64,000 nt of DNA from an uncultured Chloroflexia bacterium (GCA_963720825.1 CAVRGY010000017.1:454823-518822), one strand, 5' to 3'. Positions 1 to 9,183 are shown, counted from the stretch's first letter. Program-made: numbers and translations. The notes: a model not told the origin generated them from the letters alone.

Positions 1-302
1 TCCGGGCTCTCGCCGGGGCGGTAGGGCGTCTGCGGGTCGACGACCTGGAACGAGGCGGCGGCGAGCGTGCTCGCGACCAGGTCGTGGGTCTTCTGCGCAG
101 CCTCCCCGGTCGGCGGCATCGTCGCCTGCGCCGCCTCGCCGCCGGCGCCGATCCCGAGCGTCTGGGCCGCGATCAGCAGGACCGCCAGGACCAGCCCGCC
201 GATCCCGAGCACGGCGAACCACAGCGGCGGACCGCCGCTCGCGCGCGTCACCGCACCATCCGCGCCCGCCTCGCCCCCGCCACCCGGCGTGCCGACCGTC
301 AT
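1..302 (-). CDS. Single-pass membrane protein, N-terminal part only. The gene runs off the left edge of the window.
   Basis: The minus-strand reading from ATG 302 gives MTVGTPGGGGEAGADGAVTRASGGPPLWFAVLGIGGLVLAVLLIAAQTLG..., which contains a clear TM helix. The ATG overlaps the HIT gene stop (ATGA). The ORF is open to position 1. It is not in the ORF track because no stop lies within the window. Confidence 0.5.
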   Translation of the reverse strand, partial: MTVGTPGGGGEAGADGAVTRASGGPPLWFAVLGIGGLVLAVLLIAAQTLGIGAGGEAAQATMPPTGEAAQKTHDLVASTLAAASFQVVDPQTPYRPGESP

Positions 303-643
303 CCCGGCGGCCATGTCATCGATCGACCGCCGAGGAGGTGGACGTGGAGATGGTCGACCGTCTGCCCGCCGTCCGGACCCACGTTGCTCACGAGCCGCCA
401 GCCGCCATCGAGGCCCTCCGAGCGCGCGAGGTCTGCCGCGACCGCGAACAGGTGCCCGAGCAGCGGCGCGTCGCGTTCGGTCAGGTCCGCGGCCGAGCCG
501 ATGTGGGTGACCGGCATCAACAGCAGGTGGGTCGGCGCCTGGGGGTTGATGTCCCGGATGGCCACGATCAGCTCATCCTCGTGGACCTTCGTGGCCGGGA
601 TCGTGCCGGCGACGATCCGGCAGAACAGGCAGTCAGCGGACAT
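299..643 (-). CDS. HIT-family (histidine triad) nucleotide hydrolase/transferase
   Basis: 114 aa with the canonical histidine triad HLHVHLLGG near the C-terminus and the N-terminal CLFCRIV motif typical of HIT/HinT proteins. Confidence 0.9.
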   Translation of the reverse strand: MSADCLFCRIVAGTIPATKVHEDELIVAIRDINPQAPTHLLLMPVTHIGSAADLTERDAPLLGHLFAVAADLARSEGLDGGWRLVSNVGPDGGQTVDHLHVHLLGGRSMTWPPG

Positions 644-2134
644 GGAATCCTCCAGTCGATGGCGCGACCCCGGCCATAACGGGCAGCTCGGCCCGGAGCG
701 ACCGCGCCGCAGGACTGATCGCCCGGATCTCGCCGACCAGTCGCTGCGCGACCTCGCCGTCGACCGAGATCCGGCGCACGGTCAGGATCGCATTCTCGAG
801 GTCCTCCGGATCGCCGGCGCGCGGGGTGACCGCGACCAGCACGTGGTCCTCGGCGTGGCCGACCCAGCGGCCATCCGGCAGCCGGGACTCGACCAGCACC
901 CGCGTCTCCGTCCCCAGGCGGCTCCGGGCGAACCCGACCCGGGCGTCAGCCGCGAGCGCCAGCAGCTCGGCCGCGCGCGCCTTCTTCGTCCGCTCGTCCG
1001 CCTGGCCGGCCATCCGCGTCGCCGGCGTTCCGGGCCGGGCCGAGTACCGGAACACGTGGAGCCCGGCGAGCTCGAGGCGGCGGATGAAGGCGACGGTGCG
1101 CTCGAAGGCTTCGTCGTCCTCGGTCGGGAAGCCCGCGATCACGTCGGCGTGGACGGCGACACCGGGGATCGCGGCGCGAGCCCGCTCGACGACGCGCGCG
1201 TAGTCGCCGGACGCATACCGCCGGCCCATCCGGTGGAGCACGCCGTCATCGCCGCTCTGGAGCGGCAGGTGGAGGTGCGGCAGCGTCCGCGGCGCGCCGG
1301 CAGCCCACGCGTCGAGCAGCGCGTCATCGACGTGCTGCGGCTCGATCGAGCTCAACCGGATCCGCTCGACCGGCGTCTCGTCGAGGATCCGCGTGACGAG
1401 CTCGGCAAGCGTCAGCGCCGACCGCACGTGCGACCCGCGCGCGCCGCGCTCGGACCAGCCGCCGTCGTAGGTCCCGATGTTGATCCCGGTGAGCACGATC
1501 TCGCGGTGCCCGGCGGCCAGCGCCCGGCGGACGTCGGCCAGGACGACGTCGGGGGCAAGCGAGCGCTCGGGACCCCGTGCGCGCGGGATGATGCAGTACG
1601 TGCAGTAGAACGAGCACCCGTCCTGGACCTTGACGAAGGCGCGGGTGCGCTCCACGGACGCGCGGTCGTCCGCGATGCCGTCGATGCCGCCGGCTGCCAC
1701 CTCGACCCCCGACAGCGTGGGCAGCGCCGCATCGAGCGGTCCGTGCGGCGTGCCATCGGCGGGTCCCAGGCGGACGAGCGCCTCGAGCTCGCGCAGCAGC
1801 CCGGCCTTCGCGTCGTTGCCGACCAGCCGCGCGGCGGGGTCGACGGCGGCGAACGCCTCCGGCCCGACCTGGACCGAGCAGCCGGTCACGATGATCCGGG
1901 CCTCCGGGTTGGCGCGCCGCGCCCGACGGACCGCGGCGCGCGACTTCTCGTCCGCGATCGAGGTGACCGTGCAGGTGTTGACGAGGACGAGGTCCGCGGC
2001 CCGGTCGGGGCTGACCAGCGGCACGCCCGCCTGGCGGAGCAGCCGCGCGGCCGCCTCCATCTCGGACTGGTTGACCTTGCAGCCGAGGTTGACGATCGCG
2101 GCGGCACGCGGTGCGGCGGCGGCGGTGCAGCCAT
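633..2134 (-). CDS. mtaB: tRNA methylthiotransferase of the MiaB/MtaB family (radical SAM). The extreme N-terminus is in a different frame.
   Basis: The protein has the UPF0004 N-domain (LVNTCTVT), the radical-SAM CSFYCTYC motif and a TRAM-like C-terminus. The track ORF starts at ATG 2060, but the conserved AAAIVNLGCKVNQSE continues upstream in frame with no ATG/GTG/TTG before an in-frame TGA. An SD-preceded ATG at 2134 sits one frame off. See the finding on this gene. Confidence 0.8.
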
Positions 2135-2142
2135 CGGCTCGC

Positions 2143-2631
2143 TCACCACAGCTGGGGCTTGGTGGACATGAGGAACGCGATCAGCCCGACCGCCGAGGTG
2201 ATCCCGTAGGCGACATACCGCTGGCGCCGCGCCCGCGCACGCCACAGCTCGCGGTCGGCATCGGTGAGGATCCCCTGGCGCCCGGCCAGGCGTCGGAGGC
2301 CCGGGCGCTGGACCGCATAGGCGATCGCCGCCGTCACCGCGTACGTGGCCAGGCTCAGCAGCAGCCAGCCCTGCTCGAGCATCCGGGGCCCGAGAACACC
2401 GATCAAGGCGACGCCGGTCAGCGCCAGCCCGGCACCGATCGCGAGCGTGCCGTGCGCCTGGATCCACAGCAGGATGCGCACGAACCGGCCGGGTGCCGGC
2501 GCGTCGTACCCGACCGCCACCGACCGGTTGCGCAGCGTGAACGGCAGCAGCAGGCTGGGCACGAACAGCGCGATCGCGAGCGCGATGTGGGTGGCCAGGA
2601 CGACGGGGAACAGCGGGGTCAGGTCAGGCAT
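2143..2631 (-). CDS. Hypothetical integral membrane protein (about 4 TM helices)
   Basis: 162 aa with four hydrophobic helices. High-GC3 coding frame with no recognisable catalytic motif. Confidence 0.6.
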   Translation of the reverse strand: MPDLTPLFPVVLATHIALAIALFVPSLLLPFTLRNRSVAVGYDAPAPGRFVRILLWIQAHGTLAIGAGLALTGVALIGVLGPRMLEQGWLLLSLATYAVTAAIAYAVQRPGLRRLAGRQGILTDADRELWRARARRQRYVAYGITSAVGLIAFLMSTKPQLW

Positions 2632-2711
2632 CGGCTGTGTCGGTCACGCCACAAGGGCGGTGGGACGGCGGCATGGGCTGACGATCGTAGCGCAGGCGCC
2701 GCCCGCGGCTC

Positions 2712-3152
2712 TCAGACCGGGCGGCGACCCTGCGAGTCGGGCAGCAGGACCACGGGATGCCCCTCCGCTCGGGCGGCGCCGATCAGCGCCGCATCCGCCG
2801 TCGCGATCGGCTCCGCGGCGAGGATGCCGGCCGCCAGGACCACGCAGTCGGCCATCGACACGGGACGGCGTTCACGATCCCAGTGGCGCGACCGGAGGAT
2901 GCCGGCCAGTCGACCGGTCTCCTCGTCGATCGACACGACCTCGAGACCGCCCGCAAGCAGCGTGTCCGCGAGCATGGACACCTCCTCGACCCGGCGTCCC
3001 CCTACCCGGACCACGATGTCGAAGACCTCCGCGAGCGATGTCGCCGGGATCGACGAGATGTCGTCCGGGCGCCGGAGGATCGAATCCACGTCCTCGGCGG
3101 CCGGCTCGTCGCGCAGCAGGGCGATCACCGCCTGGGCGTCGAGGAGGGTCAC
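2712..3152 (-). CDS. vapC: PIN-domain ribonuclease toxin (VapC-like)
   Basis: 146 aa with acidic residues in the PIN pattern (LLDAQ at the N-terminus, SLAEV, MADC, TADAAL). It overlaps the upstream antitoxin gene by 4 nt. Confidence 0.85.
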   Translation of the reverse strand: MTLLDAQAVIALLRDEPAAEDVDSILRRPDDISSIPATSLAEVFDIVVRVGGRRVEEVSMLADTLLAGGLEVVSIDEETGRLAGILRSRHWDRERRPVSMADCVVLAAGILAAEPIATADAALIGAARAEGHPVVLLPDSQGRRPV

Positions 3153-3394
3153 CGTCCGGACCTTCGCGCCTCGATCTCGGCGTCCTCCTCGCGGGCCTGC
3201 GCCCGGAGCTCGTCTGTCGTCATCTCCATCGATCTGAGCGATCCGCGGAGCGCAGCGATGGGATCAGCGGGGATCGGCCGAAGCTCCAGCGACGTGCCAT
3301 GGTCGACGAGGATGACCCGGGTCGCACCCCACCGGTGCCGGATCTCCGCCGGGATCGAGACCTGGCCGCCGCGGGAGATCGATGCCGTCTTCAT
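3149..3394 (-). CDS. vapB: AbrB/SpoVT-type antitoxin (VapB-like)
   Basis: 81 aa. The N-terminus ISRGGQVSIPAEIRHRWG is a swapped-hairpin AbrB/MazE-like DNA-binding motif, followed by an acidic C-terminal tail. It lies immediately upstream of the PIN gene and overlaps it. Confidence 0.8.
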   Translation of the reverse strand: MKTASISRGGQVSIPAEIRHRWGATRVILVDHGTSLELRPIPADPIAALRGSLRSMEMTTDELRAQAREEDAEIEARRSGR

Positions 3395-3458
3395 GATGAT
3401 GATGATATCGCATGGGTCTGCGACCCTCTCATGGATCCAAACGGACGCATGACGCCAT

Positions 3459-4469
3459 TCAGCCGGGACGACGGACCTCGAGCGCGCTCCAGTCGCCCTC
3501 GACCCAGCGATGGGCGATCAGCAGACCGCGCGCCTCGAATGCGGACCGGACCTCCGCCTCCCGGTTCTCGAAGATCCCGGACGCCAGCAGCGTCCCGCCC
3601 GGGCGGAGGTCCGCGACGAGACCATCGGCGAGCGTGACGAGCAGCGATGCGATCAGGTTGGCGAGCACGATGTCGAACGGCCCCTCGCCGCTTGGCGCGC
3701 TCCCTGCTCGGGCGCGGATCACCCGGCCCAGGCGGTTGCGACGGGCATTGATCCGGGTGGCGTCCACCGCGATCGGATCCACGTCGACCGCGAGCACGGA
3801 GCCGGCGCCGAGCCTGGCCGCGGCGATCGACAGGATCCCGGACCCCGAGCCCACGTCGAGGACGCGGGCGGGGACGCCGTCGGGTCCGTCATCGGTCCCG
3901 CCGTCCGCGGAGAGCAGCCCACGGTCGGCGAGCGACTCGAGCGCCGCCAGGCACAGCCGGGTCGTCGGATGGAGCCCGGTTCCGAATGCCATCCCCGGGT
4001 CGAGCGCGAGCACCACGTCACCCGGCTGCCGCCGGTGCCGTCGCCAGGTCGGACGGATCACGATCCGGCGGCCGATCCGGAGCACCGGGAAGTGCGCCTT
4101 CCACGCATTCGCCCAGTCCGCCTCGAGGATCACCCGCACGGTGAGGTCGCCGATCGGCCGCAGCCCGAATGCCTGGAGGTGGCCCAGCTCACGCTCCGCC
4201 CGCTCGACTGCCGCCCGGACGGCGGCCGGATCGAGGATCGGGAGATGGGCCCGGACCTGCGCTGGCCGGGCGAGGTCGACCCGTGCCGCGAGCCCATCCT
4301 CGACCAGCTCGAACGCGGGCTCCACGCTGGTACCGCCGGGGGCCGCCCGGGCCAGGATCTCCGACACCGCCTCGACCGCCTCGTGGTCCGCGGTGACCGA
4401 CAGCTCCAGCCACCTTCCCGGAACCGCCGCCGCGGCGAGGTCGATCCCCGCCAGCGGGTCGTCGGGCAC
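3459..4469 (-). CDS. prmA: Ribosomal protein L11 methyltransferase
   Basis: Shows the PrmA pattern: WANAWKAHFPVLRIG, GMAFGTGLHPTT and the SAM motif VLDVGSGSGILSIAA. The GTG start at 4469 shares one nt with the dnaJ stop. The 675-aa track ORF extending to 5486 is an upstream read-through artefact. Confidence 0.9.
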   Translation of the reverse strand: MPDDPLAGIDLAAAAVPGRWLELSVTADHEAVEAVSEILARAAPGGTSVEPAFELVEDGLAARVDLARPAQVRAHLPILDPAAVRAAVERAERELGHLQAFGLRPIGDLTVRVILEADWANAWKAHFPVLRIGRRIVIRPTWRRHRRQPGDVVLALDPGMAFGTGLHPTTRLCLAALESLADRGLLSADGGTDDGPDGVPARVLDVGSGSGILSIAAARLGAGSVLAVDVDPIAVDATRINARRNRLGRVIRARAGSAPSGEGPFDIVLANLIASLLVTLADGLVADLRPGGTLLASGIFENREAEVRSAFEARGLLIAHRWVEGDWSALEVRRPG

Positions 4470-5581
4470 TACAGGCCCAGCTTCTCGCGCAAACCGCCGG
4501 CCGGCGACACGGCGTCGCCCGACTCCTTGGCGTACGCCTCGAGCAGCTCGCGCTGCCGCTTTGACAGCCGGGTCGGGACGCTGACGTTGACGATCACGTG
4601 GAGGTCGCCGCGGACCGAACGGCGGCGGAGGTGCGGGACTCCCCGTCCGCGCAGCCGGATCTCCGTCCCGGGCTGCGTGCCGGCCTTGATCTCGACCTCG
4701 GCGGGCTCGCCGTCGACCGTGGGCACGTCGACTTTCGTGCCCAGCGCCGCCTGGGCGATGGACAGGTCGACCTCGTGGTACAGCTCGGTGCCCTCGCGCG
4801 ACAGCGACGGGTGCGCCGCCACGTGGACGGCCACGTACAGGCTGCCGGGGGCGCCGCCGCGAGGCCCGACCTCGCCCTCGTTCGTCAGCCGGATCTGGTG
4901 GCCCTCGTCGATGCCCGCGGGGATGGCGACCCGCAGCGTCCGCCGGCGCTCGGTCCGACCCTCGCCGTGACACGTCTCGCACGGCTCCTCGACGATCTTC
5001 CCCTCCCCGCGACAGCGCGGGCAGGCGGCGACGTTGACCATCTGGCCGAGCATGGTCTGGCGAACCGACCGGATCTCGCCGCGACCGTTGCACTGCGGGC
5101 ACTGGACCGGGCTCGACCCAGGCTTCGCCCCCGTACCGGCACATGTGTCGCACGACCCGAGGACCGGGAACTCGATCTCCTTCTCCGTCCCAAGCACGGC
5201 CTCCTCGAACGTGATCCGGAGGTCGTACCGCAGGTCGGAGCCGGTCTGCGGGCGCGCCCGCCGCGCGGCGCCGGCCGCCGAGCCGCCGAAGAAGGCATCG
5301 AAGATGTCCGAGAACCCGCCAAATCCCGTGGCCCCGAAACCGCCGTCGCCGGCGCCGCTGACCCCGGCCCGTCCGAACATGTCGTATTGCTGGCGCCGCT
5401 GCGGATCGGACAGGACCTGGTAGGCCTCGTTGATCTCCTTGAACCGCTCCTGGGCCTCGGCCTCGCGGCTGACGTCCGGGTGCCACTGCTGGGCCAGCCG
5501 CCGGAAGGCGCGCTTGATCTCGCCGTCGGCGGCCCCGCGCTCGACGCCGAGCACGTCGTAGAAGTCTCGTTCGGTGGTCAT
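4469..5581 (-). CDS. dnaJ: Molecular chaperone DnaJ
   Basis: Has the J-domain (DFYDVLGV...HPD), a G/F-rich region and four CxxCxGxG zinc-finger repeats (CDTCAGTG, CPQCNGRG, CPRCRGEG, CETCHGEG). The start is taken at MTTERDFY. Confidence 0.95.
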   Translation of the reverse strand: MTTERDFYDVLGVERGAADGEIKRAFRRLAQQWHPDVSREAEAQERFKEINEAYQVLSDPQRRQQYDMFGRAGVSGAGDGGFGATGFGGFSDIFDAFFGGSAAGAARRARPQTGSDLRYDLRITFEEAVLGTEKEIEFPVLGSCDTCAGTGAKPGSSPVQCPQCNGRGEIRSVRQTMLGQMVNVAACPRCRGEGKIVEEPCETCHGEGRTERRRTLRVAIPAGIDEGHQIRLTNEGEVGPRGGAPGSLYVAVHVAAHPSLSREGTELYHEVDLSIAQAALGTKVDVPTVDGEPAEVEIKAGTQPGTEIRLRGRGVPHLRRRSVRGDLHVIVNVSVPTRLSKRQRELLEAYAKESGDAVSPAGGLREKLGL

Positions 5582-5654
5582 GCGATCACAGAGTCTATCG
5601 GGACCTCGCCGCCCGGGCCCCGCGGGACGTGCCGGCCGCGTCCGGGACCGGCAA

Positions 5655-6521
5655 TCAGGCCGGGGAGCTGCCGCCTTCGCGGGCGCGGGCGTCCGCGGGA
5701 TCGTCCGCGCGGTCGCCGACGCGCTCGCCGGTGCGGATCGTGTCCACCGTGCGGACGGTCTCGACGTGCCCGACCGCTGCACCGGCCGGCGGCTCGATGA
5801 TCACCGTCGCCCCGGCCGGCGGCTCGACGACCACGGTCGCGCCGCTCACCACGGGCGGCCGCAGCAGCCGCAATCCAATCACGAGGCTGGCGACGGCCGG
5901 CAGCAGCAGCCAGCCGAGCAGCGCGAGCAGGACGACCGGCGACGGCCCCAGCGGGTTCTCGAACGGCCCGGCCGCCCGGAGCGAGTCACGCAGATCGGCC
6001 ATGCTCGCGCGCAGCGTCGAGATCCGGTCGCTCAGGACGCTCACGTCCTCGACGTTTCGATCGAGCGTGACGGCTGCCGCGTCCAGCTCGTCGGCCAGCG
6101 CCCTCGATTGCTCGGCCGTGCGGCGGAAGCCGGCCGCGACCGAGGCGAACGGCTGGCTGCCCAGGATCGAGACGTCCATCGTGGCGCTCGCCTGGTCGAG
6201 CGTCGTTGCGAAGTCGCGGGTGAGGCCGGCCCCCTCGGCAGCCGTGCGGCGGGTCCCCGCGAGCGAGGTGGCGAAATCCCGGGTCGATGTCGCCGCGCCG
6301 TCGAGGGTGTCGGTGGCGGCGTTCATGGTCGCGATGATCGAGCTCCGCTCGGTCTCCAGCGTGTCGGTCAGCCCGTTGACACCGGCCAGCGAGCCCAGGA
6401 CGACGCCGCCCCCGAGCAGGACGACCAGGACGCCGGCCATGCCATAGGCGGTGAGCACGACACCCAGGCGGCGCCGATCGCGCGGCCCGATCGCCACGAC
6501 GTCCCCGGTCGCCTCCGTCAC
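5655..6521 (-). CDS. Hypothetical bitopic membrane protein with a long helical ectodomain
   Basis: The GTG at 6521 overlaps the permease stop. The protein has an N-terminal TM helix, about 170 aa of helical low-complexity sequence (repeated TRDFAT segments), a second TM helix, and a tail carrying an imperfect 30-bp tandem repeat (about 5783-5842) that encodes VVEPPAGAT/VIIEPPAGAA. Confidence 0.55.
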   Translation of the reverse strand: MTEATGDVVAIGPRDRRRLGVVLTAYGMAGVLVVLLGGGVVLGSLAGVNGLTDTLETERSSIIATMNAATDTLDGAATSTRDFATSLAGTRRTAAEGAGLTRDFATTLDQASATMDVSILGSQPFASVAAGFRRTAEQSRALADELDAAAVTLDRNVEDVSVLSDRISTLRASMADLRDSLRAAGPFENPLGPSPVVLLALLGWLLLPAVASLVIGLRLLRPPVVSGATVVVEPPAGATVIIEPPAGAAVGHVETVRTVDTIRTGERVGDRADDPADARAREGGSSPA

Positions 6522-7708
6522 ACCCGACCCATGTCGCGCCGGAGGAGCAGCCACGATCCCAGCAGGAGCACCCCGGCGATGGTGCCCAGGGCCGTGATCT
6601 CCCACGGCACGTTGGTGCTGCCGCGGAGCATCACATCCTGGATGAGGCGGATGCCGTGGGTCACCGGCAGGGCGTAGGCGAGGTCGTGCAGGAACGGGGT
6701 GAACTCCTCGATCGCGACCACGAACCCGCTGAAGAACACCGAGGCCAGCAGGATCAGCAGCGACAGCTGGACAGCCTGGCGCTCCGAATCGGAAACCAGC
6801 GAGATGATCAGGCCGAGGCCCAGTGACGCGAGGATGAGCAGCCCGACGACGAGGACGAGCAGACTCGTGTCGCCCAGCAGCGGCACCCCCAGGACTCCGA
6901 CGAGCAGGGCGATCGTCGTCCCCGCGACGATGGCGTTCAGGATGCCGAACGCGAGCAGCTTGCCGAGGACGATCTCGAGCGTGTGGACCGGCGCGATCCG
7001 GAAGATCTCCTTCACACCCGACAGCCGCTCCCGGGTCAGCGACAGCGCGATGAGGGTCACCGCCATGTGCTGGATGATGAGCGCCAGGGCCGCCGCTCCG
7101 AAGAACGACACGACGTTGGGATCGGTCGGGGCGACGTTGACCGGATTTGCCCGGGTCGGTTCGGCGATCACCTGCGGGTCGATCTGGTTCGCCTGCCCCG
7201 CGCCGCGGCTGATCGCGTACTGCTCGCCCTGGGCGACGGCTCGCTCGACGATGGTCCGGTTGACCTCGTCCTGGAGGCGAAGGGCCATGAACGAGGCGTA
7301 GTTGGCCTGGACGGGATCCACGAAGTTGTACTCGACGTCAATGGCGGTCTGCTGGCTCGACCGAAAGCGTTGCTCGAGATCGGCCGGGGCGATGACGACG
7401 AGATCGATCCGGCGGTCGGCCAGCTCGGCTTCTGCGCCGGCCCGGTCCTGGGTCACCGCCGTGATATTGATGCCCGGCCCCGACATCTCACTGTATGACG
7501 CGACATCGGTGGGCAGGCCCGAGCCGGGGGACACGACGATGACGGTCTGGAGCGGCCGCCGATAGCCGCTGTAGCCAAGGCCGAACAGGGCCAGGATCAG
7601 GAACGGCCCGAGAATCAGGCTGATAATCGCGCCCGGACGGCGAAAGACCTCGACGATCTCCTTGCCCACGAAGGAGAACGTCCGGGTCAGCGACTTCAGG
7701 AGTCCCAT
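6518..7708 (-). CDS. ABC-2 family transporter permease with a large extracytoplasmic loop
   Basis: 396 aa starting at MGLLKSLTRTF, with TM1, a ~170-aa loop and then five C-terminal TM helices, which is typical ABC-2 topology. The start shares 1 nt with the ATPase stop (TGATG). Confidence 0.8.
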   Translation of the reverse strand: MGLLKSLTRTFSFVGKEIVEVFRRPGAIISLILGPFLILALFGLGYSGYRRPLQTVIVVSPGSGLPTDVASYSEMSGPGINITAVTQDRAGAEAELADRRIDLVVIAPADLEQRFRSSQQTAIDVEYNFVDPVQANYASFMALRLQDEVNRTIVERAVAQGEQYAISRGAGQANQIDPQVIAEPTRANPVNVAPTDPNVVSFFGAAALALIIQHMAVTLIALSLTRERLSGVKEIFRIAPVHTLEIVLGKLLAFGILNAIVAGTTIALLVGVLGVPLLGDTSLLVLVVGLLILASLGLGLIISLVSDSERQAVQLSLLILLASVFFSGFVVAIEEFTPFLHDLAYALPVTHGIRLIQDVMLRGSTNVPWEITALGTIAGVLLLGSWLLLRRDMGRV

Positions 7709-9183
7709 CAGGCGGCCACCTCGCGCTCGACAGCCGGCGCGGCAGCGCCGTTGAGCGCGGCCCGGTGACGCCCGACGAGGGCGGCGAAGACATCGTCGAA
7801 GGTGGGCCGGTATTCGCGCACCCCGGCGACCTCGCCACCCCTGGCCTCGACCTCGGCCAGCACGGCGGTGGTGGCCGAGGCGGCATCGACAACGGTGACC
7901 AGGAGGTTGCGGGGGCCGGTCTGGCGGACGAAGGTCACCTCGGGCAGCACCTCGAGGAGTCGACCATCGAACGGCGTCGTCGTCTCCATCTCGACGACCT
8001 CGCCGCCGAGGGCATCGCGTCGGAGGTCGTCGGGCGAGGCGAGCGCGATGAGGCGACCCTCGCTGATCAGGGCCACCACGTCGCACTCGGCCGCCTCGCC
8101 CATGTACTGGGTCGTGACGACGAGCGTGCGGCCCGCGCTCTTCAGGCGGTGGAGCTCCTCCCAGATGGTCAGCCGCAGCAGCGGGTCGAGGCCGCCGGTT
8201 GGCTCGTCGAGGATGACCATCGACGGGTCGTGGACCAGCGCGCAGGCCAACCCGAGGCGGCGCTGCATGCCGCCCGAAAGGTCGGACGCACGGCGCTTCC
8301 GGACGGACCACAGGTCGACCAGCTCGAGGACCTGGCGGACGCGCTTGCGGCGGCGCCGCCACAGCAGGCCGAACAGGCTGCCGACGAAGTCGACGTTCTC
8401 GCCGACCGTGAGGTCGGGATACAGCACGAAATGCTGGGGCATGTAGCCGATCCGCTCTCGCGTCGCCCGCCGGAAGTGACGGGGATCCTCGCCCAGGACG
8501 CGGACGCTGCCGCTTGTCGGGGCGCCGCTGCCGGTCAGCATTCGCAGCGTGGTCGTCTTGCCCGAGCCTGAGGGCCCAATCACGCCAAGGATCGTGCCGG
8601 GGCGCACCGTCAGCGACATGCCGGCCACCGCGACGACCCCCTTGAAGCGTTTTGTCACGTCCTGGACGACGATCGCGAAATCCGCCTCGCTGGCGCCCGG
8701 CGCGCGAGCGGTCCCAGTTGCCAGGGGCTCGGCGGGCGGCGGGACGGGCTCATCGCCTGCCTCGGGTACGTCGGGTGTGATGGTCGCGGCCTCGGCGGGC
8801 TCGGCCATGGTCGCCGGCCCGTCGGGGTGGGTCATGGTCAGCGCCTCGTCGGGTGCGATGGTCGGTGTCTCGTCGGGTGCGATGGTCGGTGCCTCGGCAT
8901 GCTCGGCCATGGTCGGCGCCTCGTCGGAGGTTATGGGTGCCGGCTCCGCCGGGCGGTCGGACGGCGCGCTCGGCGGTGCGGCGACGGCGATGGGGCGACC
9001 AGCCTCCGGGGCGGCGATTGCGGGCGAAGCTGACGCATCGCCTGCCGGCGGCGCCGGCGCTGCGGGCGGTGCGGGGGGCGCGGGGGGCGCGGGGGGCGCG
9101 ATCGGCGCAGGCGGAGCCGGCACGGTGCCCGCGGTCCGCTCATCGGGCGGGCGGCTGGTCTCGCGATTCGTCTGTTGCTGCAT
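7708..9183 (-). CDS. ABC transporter ATP-binding protein with a Pro/Ala-rich repetitive N-terminal extension
   Basis: Walker A GPSGSGKTT, signature LSGGMQRR and Walker B ILDEPT are present. About 160 aa of P/A/T-rich sequence precede the ATPase core. The start at MQQQTNRE (9183) is uncertain, and an internal ATG near 8808 is an alternative. Confidence 0.75.
   Translation of the reverse strand: MQQQTNRETSRPPDERTAGTVPAPPAPIAPPAPPAPPAPPAAPAPPAGDASASPAIAAPEAGRPIAVAAPPSAPSDRPAEPAPITSDEAPTMAEHAEAPTIAPDETPTIAPDEALTMTHPDGPATMAEPAEAATITPDVPEAGDEPVPPPAEPLATGTARAPGASEADFAIVVQDVTKRFKGVVAVAGMSLTVRPGTILGVIGPSGSGKTTTLRMLTGSGAPTSGSVRVLGEDPRHFRRATRERIGYMPQHFVLYPDLTVGENVDFVGSLFGLLWRRRRKRVRQVLELVDLWSVRKRRASDLSGGMQRRLGLACALVHDPSMVILDEPTGGLDPLLRLTIWEELHRLKSAGRTLVVTTQYMGEAAECDVVALISEGRLIALASPDDLRRDALGGEVVEMETTTPFDGRLLEVLPEVTFVRQTGPRNLLVTVVDAASATTAVLAEVEARGGEVAGVREYRPTFDDVFAALVGRHRAALNGAAAPAVEREVAA

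Noticed and set aside
84-2171. A 695-aa plus-strand ORF. Many similar long ORFs lie antisense to real genes, for example 1630..3237, 3412..4584, 24771..25925, 25922..28468, 29788..31980 and 54022..57543.
   Set aside because: These have Arg/Pro/Gly/Ala-dominated low-complexity translations with no motifs, and they lie opposite genes with strong homology signatures. They are the usual stop-codon-poor shadow frames of very GC-rich DNA.
3386-3405. An ATGATGATGATGAT microsatellite-like tract.
   Set aside because: It is only four units long. It is simply the AT-rich sequence abutting and overlapping the vapB start codon on the other strand, and nothing indicates it is more than promoter or 5' context.
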